Origin: Pseudoalteromonas translucida KMM 520
GTDB taxonomy: Bacteria > Pseudomonadota > Gammaproteobacteria > Enterobacterales > Alteromonadaceae
Direction: 5' to 3'
Assembly: GCF_001465295.1 (NCBI RefSeq)
Contig: NZ_CP011034.1
Span: 2,250,001 to 2,282,000, forward strand
DNA: 32,000 nt
Part shown: piece after piece, positions 8,437 to 17,436 of the stretch
Position numbering within the stretch: position 1 is the stretch's first letter
How the letters are laid out: the number at the start of each line of letters is the position of its first letter
Notes under the pieces: model-generated
Seen by the model: only the letters and a program-made list of their open reading frames with translations
Database searches by the model: none
What the model was told of the DNA's origin: nothing
Translations under genes and position numbers: made by a program

Positions 8437-10139
8437 TAAATTTCAGGCCCTATAGTAATACTCAAACGGGTGCTTTTACTTTCTTTGGTAAGCCCCCAAG
8501 CGTGGTCTATTCTTACCGGACCTACAGGCGTTAAATAACGAAAACCAAACCCAGCACCTACTTCAAATCTATCCGAAAAATCGTTGGTTGCAGTACCTCC
8601 ATCAACAAATAAAGCAGCTCGCCAATTTTGCGCAAACTGATAGTTGTACTCTGCAGTACCAGAGACTAAGTACTTACCCCCTATTAGCTGCCCTTCATCG
8701 TTTTCGGGTGAAATTGATTGATACGCAAAACCACGCACACTTTGATCGCCACCAGCAAAAAAGCGCAGTGAATACGGCACATTAGCTATATTATCAACCA
8801 ACATGGCGCCTAAGTTCGCTTTTAAAAACACTAAATGGCGGTCTAAATAAGTTCTCAGCCAAGCATTTTGTAACTGCACGCGGATCAAGTTAGTGCTAGA
8901 TAGTACATCTTCTACGCCAAATTCTGCAGATATTAACCACTGTTCACCCCAATAAGGGGTTGTTCCACCTTTTGATTTTTTGCGTGCATAACTAATACCC
9001 GGCATTAACATTTCACTGCTTTCTTCTTCGTCGTCACCTATTCTATATGTTTCATGGTCGCGACGTATAAAAGCGGTGCGCACCCAGTTATTGTCAGTTA
9101 GCCATTGGCGTTGTACTTGCCCGGTAAGTATTTCACTATAAATATTATTAGTTAATTCATCTTCAAGTTTATAACCTACCGAAAAACGCCATAAATCGTC
9201 ATTAGGATCATCCACTGGAATTGTATAAGCCATTGAAATATCTTGTTGTCGCTCAGACACGTTTAAGTTACTTTCTAGGTAATGGCCATCTTGCGTTATC
9301 CATGGTTTGCTCCATTTAAAGCGCACTTTAGGGCCTAAGTCAGTACTAAAGCCACCACCCACTTCATAGCTATTTGCAGGTTTATGTAATACATCTACTT
9401 TTATCGGTACTTGGTTATTTTTACGTTCGGTTATATCTGCATATACTCGTACACTGGTAAAATAAGGAGTGCTTGATAAATCAAGGTTATAATCGGCTAT
9501 GTGGGTCGATTTATATGGTTGCCCTTTAGCAAAAGGCGCTAAAGAACGAATATACTTTTCAGCAGGTGTATCGCTAGCAATTACAATATCGCCAAACTGA
9601 TAACGCACCCCAGTTTCAATAATAAAAGTGACTTCTGCGCTGTGCTTCCCCAAAGATACTTCTAGCTTACGCGCAGGCCATTTAGCATCAAAATAACCTA
9701 GCTCTAACAGCATTGATTCTATTTTTTTATGCGTGCTGTCGTAATGTCCGTGGTTTAAAATATCTCCCTGTTTTAGGGTAATATTATTAATTACTGCCAA
9801 TAAAGCAGGATCTTGCTTGCCAGCGCCCTTTACACTTATATTAATTGCTGCAATACGAGTTGCTGGTCCTCGATCAACTCTAACCACCAAATCACGCTCA
9901 TCTTTGTCAAAGTTAACCTCTACTTTAGGGCTGTAATACCCTAATGCTTTGATACTATTTTCGACTTGTTTTTTTGCATAACGGCGCAGGGTCAAAGTTG
10001 GCTTTTCACCTATAAGTTGTTTTAAATAAAGCGCAACATTTTTTTCTAAATCGTCATTAATCCCTTTAATCTCATAATCTTCTATTACATTTTCAGAGGC
10101 AACAGACTGAGCACTCAGAAGAATGCAAAAAACAAACAT
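8436..10139 (-). CDS. tamA: Translocation and assembly module outer-membrane subunit TamA (Omp85 family)
   Basis: Signal peptide MFVFCILLSAQSVASE, POTRA-like N-terminal part, and the Omp85 barrel motif FFAGGDQSVRGFAYQSISP. It lies upstream of, and is coupled to, tamB. The start is ambiguous: ATG 10139, TTG 10148, or the track's 10208. Confidence 0.85.
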   Translation of the reverse strand: MFVFCILLSAQSVASENVIEDYEIKGINDDLEKNVALYLKQLIGEKPTLTLRRYAKKQVENSIKALGYYSPKVEVNFDKDERDLVVRVDRGPATRIAAINISVKGAGKQDPALLAVINNITLKQGDILNHGHYDSTHKKIESMLLELGYFDAKWPARKLEVSLGKHSAEVTFIIETGVRYQFGDIVIASDTPAEKYIRSLAPFAKGQPYKSTHIADYNLDLSSTPYFTSVRVYADITERKNNQVPIKVDVLHKPANSYEVGGGFSTDLGPKVRFKWSKPWITQDGHYLESNLNVSERQQDISMAYTIPVDDPNDDLWRFSVGYKLEDELTNNIYSEILTGQVQRQWLTDNNWVRTAFIRRDHETYRIGDDEEESSEMLMPGISYARKKSKGGTTPYWGEQWLISAEFGVEDVLSSTNLIRVQLQNAWLRTYLDRHLVFLKANLGAMLVDNIANVPYSLRFFAGGDQSVRGFAYQSISPENDEGQLIGGKYLVSGTAEYNYQFAQNWRAALFVDGGTATNDFSDRFEVGAGFGFRYLTPVGPVRIDHAWGLTKESKSTRLSITIGPEI

Positions 10140-10352
10140 GTAACGCAAAAACTGATTAAACAAGTAAATATCCTTACCTTTAATTCTTAAAATATAACGA
10201 TGCATCAATTCTATAATATCATAGCCGTAATGAGCCTTACATTAACTTAATAGCTTCCCACTGTCATAATATGCAATCTATAATATTAAAATTAGTACGC
10301 TTTAAACGTTTATTTTGGTTACAATGGCCTTAACAAGTACACAATAATTTTA

Positions 10353-10700
10353 ATGAGTTTTTTAATGCAATTTCCTGATGACGAAAATGGCCAACTTTTA
10401 GCCGAAATAGCCGCCGCTGGTATTGATTTAAGTAAAATGCACCAAGTCGATTTTTATATTTTATTTGAGCAACAAAGCGATGCAGAAAAGTTTGCCAAAG
10501 AAGTAGTAGCCGATACATTAGTACAGCATGCTGAACTCGAAAAATGCCAAGACACTGGCGTATGGGAAGTAATTACTCAAGTACAAATGGTTCCTGAGCA
10601 CACTCTATTAGGCCAAGCTGAGCAATACATTGAAAGCATAGCTAATAACTTTAACGGTTACGGCGATGGTTGGGGATTAATGGACGCAGAAGAAGCTTAA
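10353..10700 (+). CDS. rraB: Ribonuclease E inhibitor RraB-like protein
   Basis: 115 aa, acidic. The layout DENGQLL...HQVDFYILF...AEKFAKE...YGDGWG parallels E. coli RraB (..YTIEHHL..LEKAAVEAF..YDGWGT). Confidence 0.65.
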   Translation: MSFLMQFPDDENGQLLAEIAAAGIDLSKMHQVDFYILFEQQSDAEKFAKEVVADTLVQHAELEKCQDTGVWEVITQVQMVPEHTLLGQAEQYIESIANNFNGYGDGWGLMDAEEA

Positions 10701-10724
10701 CCTGCATTGCCAAGCTAAATTATA

Positions 10725-10754
10725 AATCAGTTAAACCTAAGGGTTTAACTGATT
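10725..10754. terminator. Bidirectional terminator between convergent rraB and radD
   Basis: AATCAGTTAAACC (10725-10737) / GGTTTAACTGATT (10742-10754), 13-bp perfect stem with a 4-nt loop. It is T-rich on both sides. The radD stop codon (10737-10739) spans the end of the left arm and the loop, and the right arm encodes the last radD codons. Confidence 0.6.
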
Positions 10755-12488
10755 AGCTTTTCTAAAGCTGCCTTTATAATCAAATAGCTTATCTGCTACC
10801 TTCCAGCCATATTTTTTACTTTTACGGGCTATTACAAAGTCGGGCGCAATTAAATCAAACTGCGCGTTAATTATTTGCTCTGCTGTTTTAAATTTTACGG
10901 GCGCTTGCCCTTGTCCTACTCGCTTACCAAATTGCCGATTAAAAATATACGCCGCCCCTTTATTGGCAATATCGTAAACTTCGTCGCAACTTGCACCGTC
11001 TTCGTCAAAATACGTTACTTTAATCATCTCATTTTTAAGCAGGGTCACACTTAAACCACTACAACGAAGTACGAGTGCGTCTTTTAAGTTTAGTGCATTG
11101 CGTAACTTATCATCAGGGTCGGCCATTACCGCACCGCAATCATGGCATTTACGTGCGGCTATATCGTTTTGCGCACCACATTCATCACACTCTTTAAAGC
11201 GAAAACGATAATCGCACTGCTCTTTATTACCTTCATCATCTTCTAGCAAGCCCTTACAGCGCCTACCAAAGTGTTCAATCACCTTTCCTGTAGAGTCAGT
11301 TTTACCCCAATAAATATTAGCAAAGCCACAACCAGGACAAAGCACTTGTACCGGCTCATTATCGCTATCACCTTTTTTATCGCCAACCTCAGGGTGAAAC
11401 AAATCAAAACCATTTCCGGCATAATCAATCACCAAACAATCTGTTTTTGAATCGGCTAATCTAAGCCCTCTGCCAACAATTTGCTGGTATAAACTCACCG
11501 ACTCCGTAGGGCGTAAAATAGCAATAAAATCAACATGAGGTGCATCAAATCCGGTGGTGAGTACAGATATATTAACCAGGTATTTTAAGTGTTTGGCTTT
11601 AAATTGCTTAATTATTTTATCGCGTTCGCTATTCGGTGTATCACCTGTAATTAAGGCGCTTTGCTGGTGAGGTAAATAGCTTAAAATTTCTTGTGCGTGC
11701 ATAACCGTAGCGGCAAAAATCATAATACCCTGGCGGTTTTCACTATATTGTATTACTTGTTGTAAAATGGCCTGCGTTGCGCGTGCACTGTTTTTTAATA
11801 ACGCATTCATATCCTCATTAGTATAACGGCCAAACGCATCACTGGTTAACGCCGAAAAATCGTAATGACTAATCGCCGCGTCCACTTCATTGGGTGGCGT
11901 TAAATAGTTATGTTTGATCATATAGCGCAGCGGTAATTCAAAAATACAGCTTTTAAATGGGCTGTCTTTATTGCCCCGTACAAAACCATGATAGTGATGA
12001 TGATAAATCCACCCCATGCCTAATCGATAAGGCGTTGCCGTTAACCCTAATACTTTTAATTGTGGATTATGTGCTTGTAAGGCATTAATAACTTTACCGT
12101 ATTGGCTTTTTTTATCACCATTAACTCTATGGCACTCATCAATAATTAACAGTGAATAATGCTCATTAAGCTGATCTAAATTACGCGATAGCGACTGCAC
12201 ACTGGCAAAAGTAACCTGATGGTTTAACGATTTTTCTTTTAATCCTGCCGAAAATATACTCGCCTCAAGCCCAAAGCTTTTATATTTTTGTGAGTTTTGC
12301 TCTACTAACTCTTTAACATGCGCCAGTACTAATATTTTTTGTTTAGCAATACGCGCAAGCTCTGCAATTACCAAGCTTTTACCCGCGCCAGTAGGTAATA
12401 CAATCACTGCGGGATCATTGGTTTTTCTAAAGTGTAAAACGGTACGTTCAACCGCCTCGATCTGATAAGGTCTTAGGGTGTAGGTCAT
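10737..12488 (-). CDS. radD: SF2 DNA repair helicase RadD (YejH)
   Basis: 583 aa and collinear with E. coli RadD from the first residues (MTYTLRPYQIEAV..VIVLPTGAGKSLVIAELAR..LAHVKELV). Also IIDECH, GLTATPYRLG, LPLRYMIKHNYLTPP, LTTGFDAPHVDFIAILRPTESVSLYQQIVGRGLRL, and Zn-finger CPGCGF / CDECGAQNDIAARKCHDCG. Confidence 0.92.
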   Translation of the reverse strand: MTYTLRPYQIEAVERTVLHFRKTNDPAVIVLPTGAGKSLVIAELARIAKQKILVLAHVKELVEQNSQKYKSFGLEASIFSAGLKEKSLNHQVTFASVQSLSRNLDQLNEHYSLLIIDECHRVNGDKKSQYGKVINALQAHNPQLKVLGLTATPYRLGMGWIYHHHYHGFVRGNKDSPFKSCIFELPLRYMIKHNYLTPPNEVDAAISHYDFSALTSDAFGRYTNEDMNALLKNSARATQAILQQVIQYSENRQGIMIFAATVMHAQEILSYLPHQQSALITGDTPNSERDKIIKQFKAKHLKYLVNISVLTTGFDAPHVDFIAILRPTESVSLYQQIVGRGLRLADSKTDCLVIDYAGNGFDLFHPEVGDKKGDSDNEPVQVLCPGCGFANIYWGKTDSTGKVIEHFGRRCKGLLEDDEGNKEQCDYRFRFKECDECGAQNDIAARKCHDCGAVMADPDDKLRNALNLKDALVLRCSGLSVTLLKNEMIKVTYFDEDGASCDEVYDIANKGAAYIFNRQFGKRVGQGQAPVKFKTAEQIINAQFDLIAPDFVIARKSKKYGWKVADKLFDYKGSFRKANQLNP

Positions 12489-12640
12489 GAGTTATAAAAG
12501 GTCTCAATGCGGTTAGCGATTAGATGTTGAACAACAAATTCTTTTTAATATTAGCTCTATAAAATTTTAATTTTCATATGGAACAACCGTTTTACTCAGT
12601 GAAATATAAACCCTGAAGACTATATTATTTATAAATATAA

Positions 12641-12677
12641 AAAAATACCCATAATCAAAATGATTATGGGTATTTTA
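12641..12677 (-). terminator. Rho-independent terminator of the 962-aa TonB-dependent receptor gene
   Basis: ATACCCATAATCA (12645-12657) / TGATTATGGGTAT (12661-12673), 13-bp perfect stem with a 3-nt loop. It is followed on the minus strand by a T-run (the A-run at 12641-12644 and beyond). Confidence 0.75.
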
Positions 12678-12748
12678 TAGATTACTGCACCAATTAGTAG
12701 TTCTTAAATACTCTATTAATATAGGTTTTTATACACTATAAATTATAT

Positions 12749-15637
12749 TTAGAACTTGTAAGTCGCTTGAAGGTAAGCAAATCTGCCAATATTATCGTAT
12801 ATTGCTGAACCTGCTCCAGTGCCTGTTGTACTCCCAGGTAATTGACGATTAAATAGGTTATCAACGCCTACTTTAAAGCCAACGCCACTATCAAAGTTAT
12901 AACCAACTGATGCGTCTGTTATAAAGTATGAGCCGTAACGCATTTGATTTGAAGGGTTTGGATTTCTTTCTAATTCTTTATGATCGTATAGCTCAACACC
13001 ATTAATAAAGCGAGTGCTAAAGCCTATAGCGAGGTTCTCATAAGTATAATTAACAGAAATATTGCCCTGCCATGTTTCATCGCCTAATACACCTTCAGAA
13101 TCAGTGTAGTTTTCTGGTTCTGCAGAGAAGGGATAATCTTTTGATTCAATCAAATAAGTACCAATAAAACTAGTATCGAAACTACCACCTAAAGCATCAA
13201 AATCATAACCTACTTCAAAATCTACACCAGAGTTGGTGCTGCGTGCGATATTAAGTGCAAAACCTTTCAGTAAGGTAATCTCGCTGGTATTTGGATCGCG
13301 AGTTATTAAGCCACAAAACTGATTATCAATGCCTGTAGGTGAATCTACACAACGATCAATAATTGTTTGAAAACCAATGCCACTTATTGTGTCATCAATA
13401 TCTATTTCCCAGTAATCGGCTGTAACGCTAAATCCTTCTAACCACTCTGGTTGATATACAATACCTGCAGTAATTGATCTAGACTCTTCAGGTTGAAGAT
13501 CTGGATTACCGCCGACTAAAGTCTCTAAGGTTGCACTATCATAATTAGAGTCAAATCCTGCCGGAACACCCAAGGCTGCACAGTTAGCTGCACGTGTTGC
13601 GCGACCACCGGCACTTAATTGATCCAGTTCAGACACTTTACAGCTATCATCTACACTCGCAAATGACTGACTTTGTCCTGAAAATAACTCATCAATATTA
13701 GGGGCACGCATCGCTTCAGATAAGGTAAAACGAGCACGCAATTCAGGGGTGATAGTCCAGTCAAGACCTAATTTCCAGCTGGTTGCATCACCAATTGTTG
13801 AGTAATCAGCATAGCGAACTGCAGTGTCAAAAACTAAAGTGTCAATCAAAAATACATCTTCAATTAAAGGTACCGATAATTCAAAAAAGGCTTCAGTTAC
13901 ATCATAGCCACCATCAGTCTCACCTAAGGCATTAAAGAACGTCGCACCTGTTTTAGCAAAAGCATCTTCAATCGTTACACTGCTTTCATCGCGATACTCA
14001 ACACCACCAGCAAAACCAACCATTCCAGCTGGCAGCTCAAAAATAGCTGAGTTGCTAAATGTTGCATTAAATACTGTTTGCTTAATTTCAGATGTACCTG
14101 TTGATGTTGTTGTTACATAATCAATCGCTTCTTGGCTAATTGCACCATCACCCATTATGTTTGCGGCTACACATCCATTCGCTCTTGCATCTGCATCACG
14201 ACAAACAATATCGCCATTTCCATCAAAAATTGCATCGATTGCATTTGCATAATTAGCCATAATTACGTTTGCACCATTGATACGTTCTATCTCTGATTTA
14301 CCGTGTACTAAAGAAAGATCCATTGACCAGTCATCACTGATATTACCTTGGATCCCGGCGACAAAACGCGTTGTTTCACGCGTATTTTCCTCAAGACGGC
14401 GGCCAACATCGTTATACATTTTATTAACGCCAATAACAGATAAGCCTTTTTCGTCCATCATTGCAGCTGTATCTGGAGTTAAAAAAGCATTGTCACGCTT
14501 AATTAAATTTGCGCCACTGTAAAAGCGAAAGAAAGGTTGACCTATGTTCTCACCTTCAGTTTTTGAATATTTCGCTTGAAAGTATGCATTTAACTCATCT
14601 GTTACATCATAATTTGTTTTAAAGTTAAAGTTTACACGATCGAACTTAGGTTGAATTTCTGAATATTGGCGTAAGTTAATAAAATCACAACCAGGGCTGG
14701 CACAGTAATTACCATCATCAATAGCGCCAGTGTATACATCACCCAAAGTGCTATCGCCATTAAACTTACCTAAAATGCCACCCGTATTTGGATCCCAAAC
14801 AGTACCCGCATTCGAAATTAAGTAATAACCCGCATTAGGGACTACTATTTTATCCGGATAAGCTTCACTATCAATTTGACCATCTGGACGCGCTTGACCT
14901 GTTACAACTTCATACGGCATAGACGAATATGATGTTGCTGTCCAAGGGTTATCTAGCGAGTTTAAAGAGTTTTGTGAATTGTATTCTACCGAAAATGCAG
15001 CATTACCACGACCTTCAGCAAAATCTTTACCATAAGATAAAGTATACTTTTCATTTTGATAAGAGCTATTATCGGCAAAACCTTTCGTTGCCGAAACATT
15101 GAAGCCCGTTATATCTTTTTTAAGAATAAAGTTAACCACACCTGTCACCGCATCTGCGCCGTATACAGCTGATGCGCCACCAGTGATAATCTCAACTTTT
15201 TCAATCCAAGCGCTTGGAATAGTATTAGTATCTACTGAAGAAGTACCTGGAGCACTAGCAACGTGACGTTTACCATCGACTAAAACCAGTGTCCGCTCAC
15301 TGCCCATTCCACGTAAATCTAATAAACTGATACCGGCCGTACCAATAAAACGACCTGAGTTTGCAAGTGAATACGTAGTAGCTAATGCGGGTAGTTTATT
15401 AAGTACTTCACCGATATTCATAGCCCCAGTGTTTACTAAATCGTCCCCACTAATAACTGTCACTGGTGATGGTGATATAGCTCCTTCACGTAATATACGC
15501 GAACCTGTAACTTCTATCCGTTCTACTTTTTCTGCGCCTTCTTGAGCAGCAATTGTGCTTGCTGAAAATGCAGCTGTTGATGCTGCACCAAAAGCAATCG
15601 CTAAGCGAACTGCTTTTGAAACTTTAGTATTTAACAT
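12749..15637 (-). CDS. TonB-dependent outer-membrane receptor (962 aa)
   Basis: Signal peptide, TonB-box-like ERIEVTGSRI, plug motifs (LLDLRGMGSERTLVLVDGKR, IEKVEIITGGASAVYGADAVTGVVNFI), a long barrel, and a C-terminal ..YLQATYKF. Confidence 0.9.
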   Translation of the reverse strand: MLNTKVSKAVRLAIAFGAASTAAFSASTIAAQEGAEKVERIEVTGSRILREGAISPSPVTVISGDDLVNTGAMNIGEVLNKLPALATTYSLANSGRFIGTAGISLLDLRGMGSERTLVLVDGKRHVASAPGTSSVDTNTIPSAWIEKVEIITGGASAVYGADAVTGVVNFILKKDITGFNVSATKGFADNSSYQNEKYTLSYGKDFAEGRGNAAFSVEYNSQNSLNSLDNPWTATSYSSMPYEVVTGQARPDGQIDSEAYPDKIVVPNAGYYLISNAGTVWDPNTGGILGKFNGDSTLGDVYTGAIDDGNYCASPGCDFINLRQYSEIQPKFDRVNFNFKTNYDVTDELNAYFQAKYSKTEGENIGQPFFRFYSGANLIKRDNAFLTPDTAAMMDEKGLSVIGVNKMYNDVGRRLEENTRETTRFVAGIQGNISDDWSMDLSLVHGKSEIERINGANVIMANYANAIDAIFDGNGDIVCRDADARANGCVAANIMGDGAISQEAIDYVTTTSTGTSEIKQTVFNATFSNSAIFELPAGMVGFAGGVEYRDESSVTIEDAFAKTGATFFNALGETDGGYDVTEAFFELSVPLIEDVFLIDTLVFDTAVRYADYSTIGDATSWKLGLDWTITPELRARFTLSEAMRAPNIDELFSGQSQSFASVDDSCKVSELDQLSAGGRATRAANCAALGVPAGFDSNYDSATLETLVGGNPDLQPEESRSITAGIVYQPEWLEGFSVTADYWEIDIDDTISGIGFQTIIDRCVDSPTGIDNQFCGLITRDPNTSEITLLKGFALNIARSTNSGVDFEVGYDFDALGGSFDTSFIGTYLIESKDYPFSAEPENYTDSEGVLGDETWQGNISVNYTYENLAIGFSTRFINGVELYDHKELERNPNPSNQMRYGSYFITDASVGYNFDSGVGFKVGVDNLFNRQLPGSTTGTGAGSAIYDNIGRFAYLQATYKF
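15501..15637 (-). repeat. Conserved 5' coding block shared with the second TonB receptor (partner 19943-20079)
   Basis: An ungapped hand alignment anchored on the two ATGs gives about 120 of 137 identical positions. The genes diverge immediately after this block. Confidence 0.85.
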
Positions 15638-15725
15638 TTTATTGTCCCTATAGTTTTATTTTTATCATTGTTTTATGAAAAATAAAGCTACGTTATCTGC
15701 ATAGCATCTATTTTCAAATTAAAGG

Positions 15726-15752
15726 GTATTACTAAGTACACCACCAGGTCAA
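15726..15752 (-). promoter_or_regulatory. Candidate sigma70 promoter for the 962-aa receptor
   Basis: Minus strand: GTTGACCT (TTGACC = 15752-15747), 15 nt, then TAATAC (15731-15726). The -35 sits inside a CCAGGT-caac-ACCTGG hairpin (15744-15759). The same GTTGACCT plus N15 geometry recurs upstream of the other receptor. Confidence 0.25.
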
Positions 15753-15922
15753 CACCTGGCTAACATAAAAACAACCTTCATTTACATACATTTACAATGA
15801 ACATGTATTCATATAAACACAATGACTAATATCTGATAAACAATTTTCCACACTTATTGTTGGTAATAATGTCTATCTGAAATTGATTTTTTAGGAGCAT
15901 AAGTATCAATTGATAAAATTCA

Positions 15923-15942
15923 GCTTGCCTTGGCTGGCAAGC
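15923..15942 (-). other. Hairpin in the non-coding gap, terminator-like on the minus strand
   Basis: GCTTGCC (15923-15929) / GGCAAGC (15936-15942), 7-bp stem with a 6-nt loop. The minus strand continues TGAATTTTATC. Confidence 0.3.
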
Positions 15943-16376
15943 CATAGAGCAAAATTAAAAGTATAAAAGAGGAGCTAATATTACTTACAATTAATCTCTA
16001 TATTATGTTTGGTTTAGTTATTATTAAGCTAGTTTTTACATTAAAATTGTAAATAAAGCCCATACTAAAGCAGTAACATATTACTAACTATATAAACTAA
16101 TTGAGCTTAACTGCACAAAAGCATAACAGTAGCTACTACACACTTACTAAGTCACTTAGCGGATTAATAACTTTTAAAGCTTATATAAAATAAGCAGAGG
16201 GGTTATACGCTTCAAGTCAGAAAGATAACTATTTAAAACAGACCGCTACAGTATTAATAGCCTGCAGGCTGTTGCGTTATTAATGGAGGGATAATTGGTT
16301 GTAATAAGCAGATAGTAATTTACAACTCTTTTTTTACTTAATTTAAACAGCAATGAAGAACTACATAGCTATTTAT

Positions 16377-16412
16377 TATTGTACTAATTTACACTTTTAA
16401 ATTAGTACAATA
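16377..16412. repeat. 14-bp perfect AT-rich inverted repeat just downstream of the methyltransferase stop
   Basis: TATTGTACTAATTT (16377-16390), 8 nt, then AAATTAGTACAATA (16399-16412). There is no U-tract on the minus strand, so it could be an operator or a weak terminator. Confidence 0.5.
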
Positions 16413-16427
16413 CATTCAATGTTAAAT

Positions 16428-17375
16428 TTACTTCCGTGCTTTTATAACCCAACAAAAAATACCTGCGTCTATTTTAATAACATCGAACTCGTAGCTAGAC
16501 CAATTATCTTGCAGAAGGGTTTTTATATACTCAACATCTGAGTTTGACCACGATGCGGCTTGTTGATCTTGTAAGCGAAGCTGAAAAGAATATAAGTTAT
16601 CGCGGAGCTCTTCTACTCTTTTACTGTCTGTTTGCGGCCAATCAATGATCGCTGGAAGTAGCTCTTTTACTAACAAATTAAACCAGTCTAGCTCATCTTC
16701 ACTGCTGCATTGACTCTGCTGATATTTTACTTGCTGTAACAGGTTTACATTTTTTTGCTTAAATTGAACTTGTTGCTCAGCAGTGGGCTCTACCTTATTT
16801 GTAATAGACTGGCAAAGATCAGCAAAGTCTTGCAGTTGCAATAACAAACCATTGTCTTGATTCAAGTCTTTGAGTACTTTTAGTCCAACTTGACAATCTG
16901 TAGAAATAAATGAGTCTTGGTGGTGTACTAACGCAATAAATTCACCATTAGGTTTTAATGCCTTATTTACCGCTAAAAGAGCGGCGGCGGGCTCTGCATA
17001 CTCAAAACCAAATTGGCTTATAACACTATCAAATTGAATGTTCTCAAACGCTAAGGTTTCAGAGGGCATATTGCCATAAAAGTGTATTTTTTCGAGGTGT
17101 TTGTAATTAGGATCTGAGGGGGCATGTTGAGATAATGGTGCTATGCTTGCCGCGTCTGATGCATAAACATCAAAACTTGCATTAAATTGCTGCGCTAAAA
17201 CAGCCAGTCCACCATTCCCAGTAGCTAGGTCTAAAATTGTAGTTGATTCAGGTAGTGATTTAAAAATAGTTTGCCAAAAATTTGCGACAATGCCTTTATA
17301 ACCTTGACTGTGCTCCCCTTCTGCAAAACTATTAAGTGATTTGGTCCTTGACCAGTATGAATTCCAATGTTGCAT
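16428..17375 (-). CDS. Class I SAM-dependent methyltransferase with a ~150-aa C-terminal extension of unknown function
   Basis: Motif I ILDLATGNGGLAV, post-I acidic YASDA, and FDSVISQFGFEY / LKPNGEFIALV. I recognise nothing in residues ~165-315. Confidence 0.75.
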   Translation of the reverse strand: MQHWNSYWSRTKSLNSFAEGEHSQGYKGIVANFWQTIFKSLPESTTILDLATGNGGLAVLAQQFNASFDVYASDAASIAPLSQHAPSDPNYKHLEKIHFYGNMPSETLAFENIQFDSVISQFGFEYAEPAAALLAVNKALKPNGEFIALVHHQDSFISTDCQVGLKVLKDLNQDNGLLLQLQDFADLCQSITNKVEPTAEQQVQFKQKNVNLLQQVKYQQSQCSSEDELDWFNLLVKELLPAIIDWPQTDSKRVEELRDNLYSFQLRLQDQQAASWSNSDVEYIKTLLQDNWSSYEFDVIKIDAGIFCWVIKARK

Positions 17376-17386
17376 TTTTTACCCAT

Positions 17387-17417
17387 AAAAAAAGGTGGGT
17401 TTTAAACCCACCTTTTT
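17387..17417 (-). terminator. Strong rho-independent terminator of the 880-aa TonB receptor gene
   Basis: Minus strand: A5-GGTGGG-loop-CCCACC-T7. On the plus strand this is A-run 17387-17393, stems 17394-17399 / 17407-17412, and T-run 17413-17417. Confidence 0.8.
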
Positions 17418-17436
17418 ATTTAACTTATTTTATAAA

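Noticed and set aside
15638-15800. Cobalamin or other riboswitch in the 5' leader of the 962-aa TonB receptor
   Set aside because: The only GC-containing element is a 6-bp CCAGGT/ACCTGG hairpin. There is no B12-box-like conserved core and the leader is very AT-rich and short. The receptor is also much larger than BtuB-type receptors.
16005-16052. 15-codon hydrophobic mini-ORF MFGLVIIKLVFTLKL in the non-coding gap, and a second one, MKNYIAIYYCTNLHF, at 16353-16400
   Set aside because: The nearest AGGAG is 27 nt upstream of the first, which is too far, and the second has no SD. Short ORFs of this length are expected by chance in 790 bp. They are kept only as something ribosome profiling could revisit.
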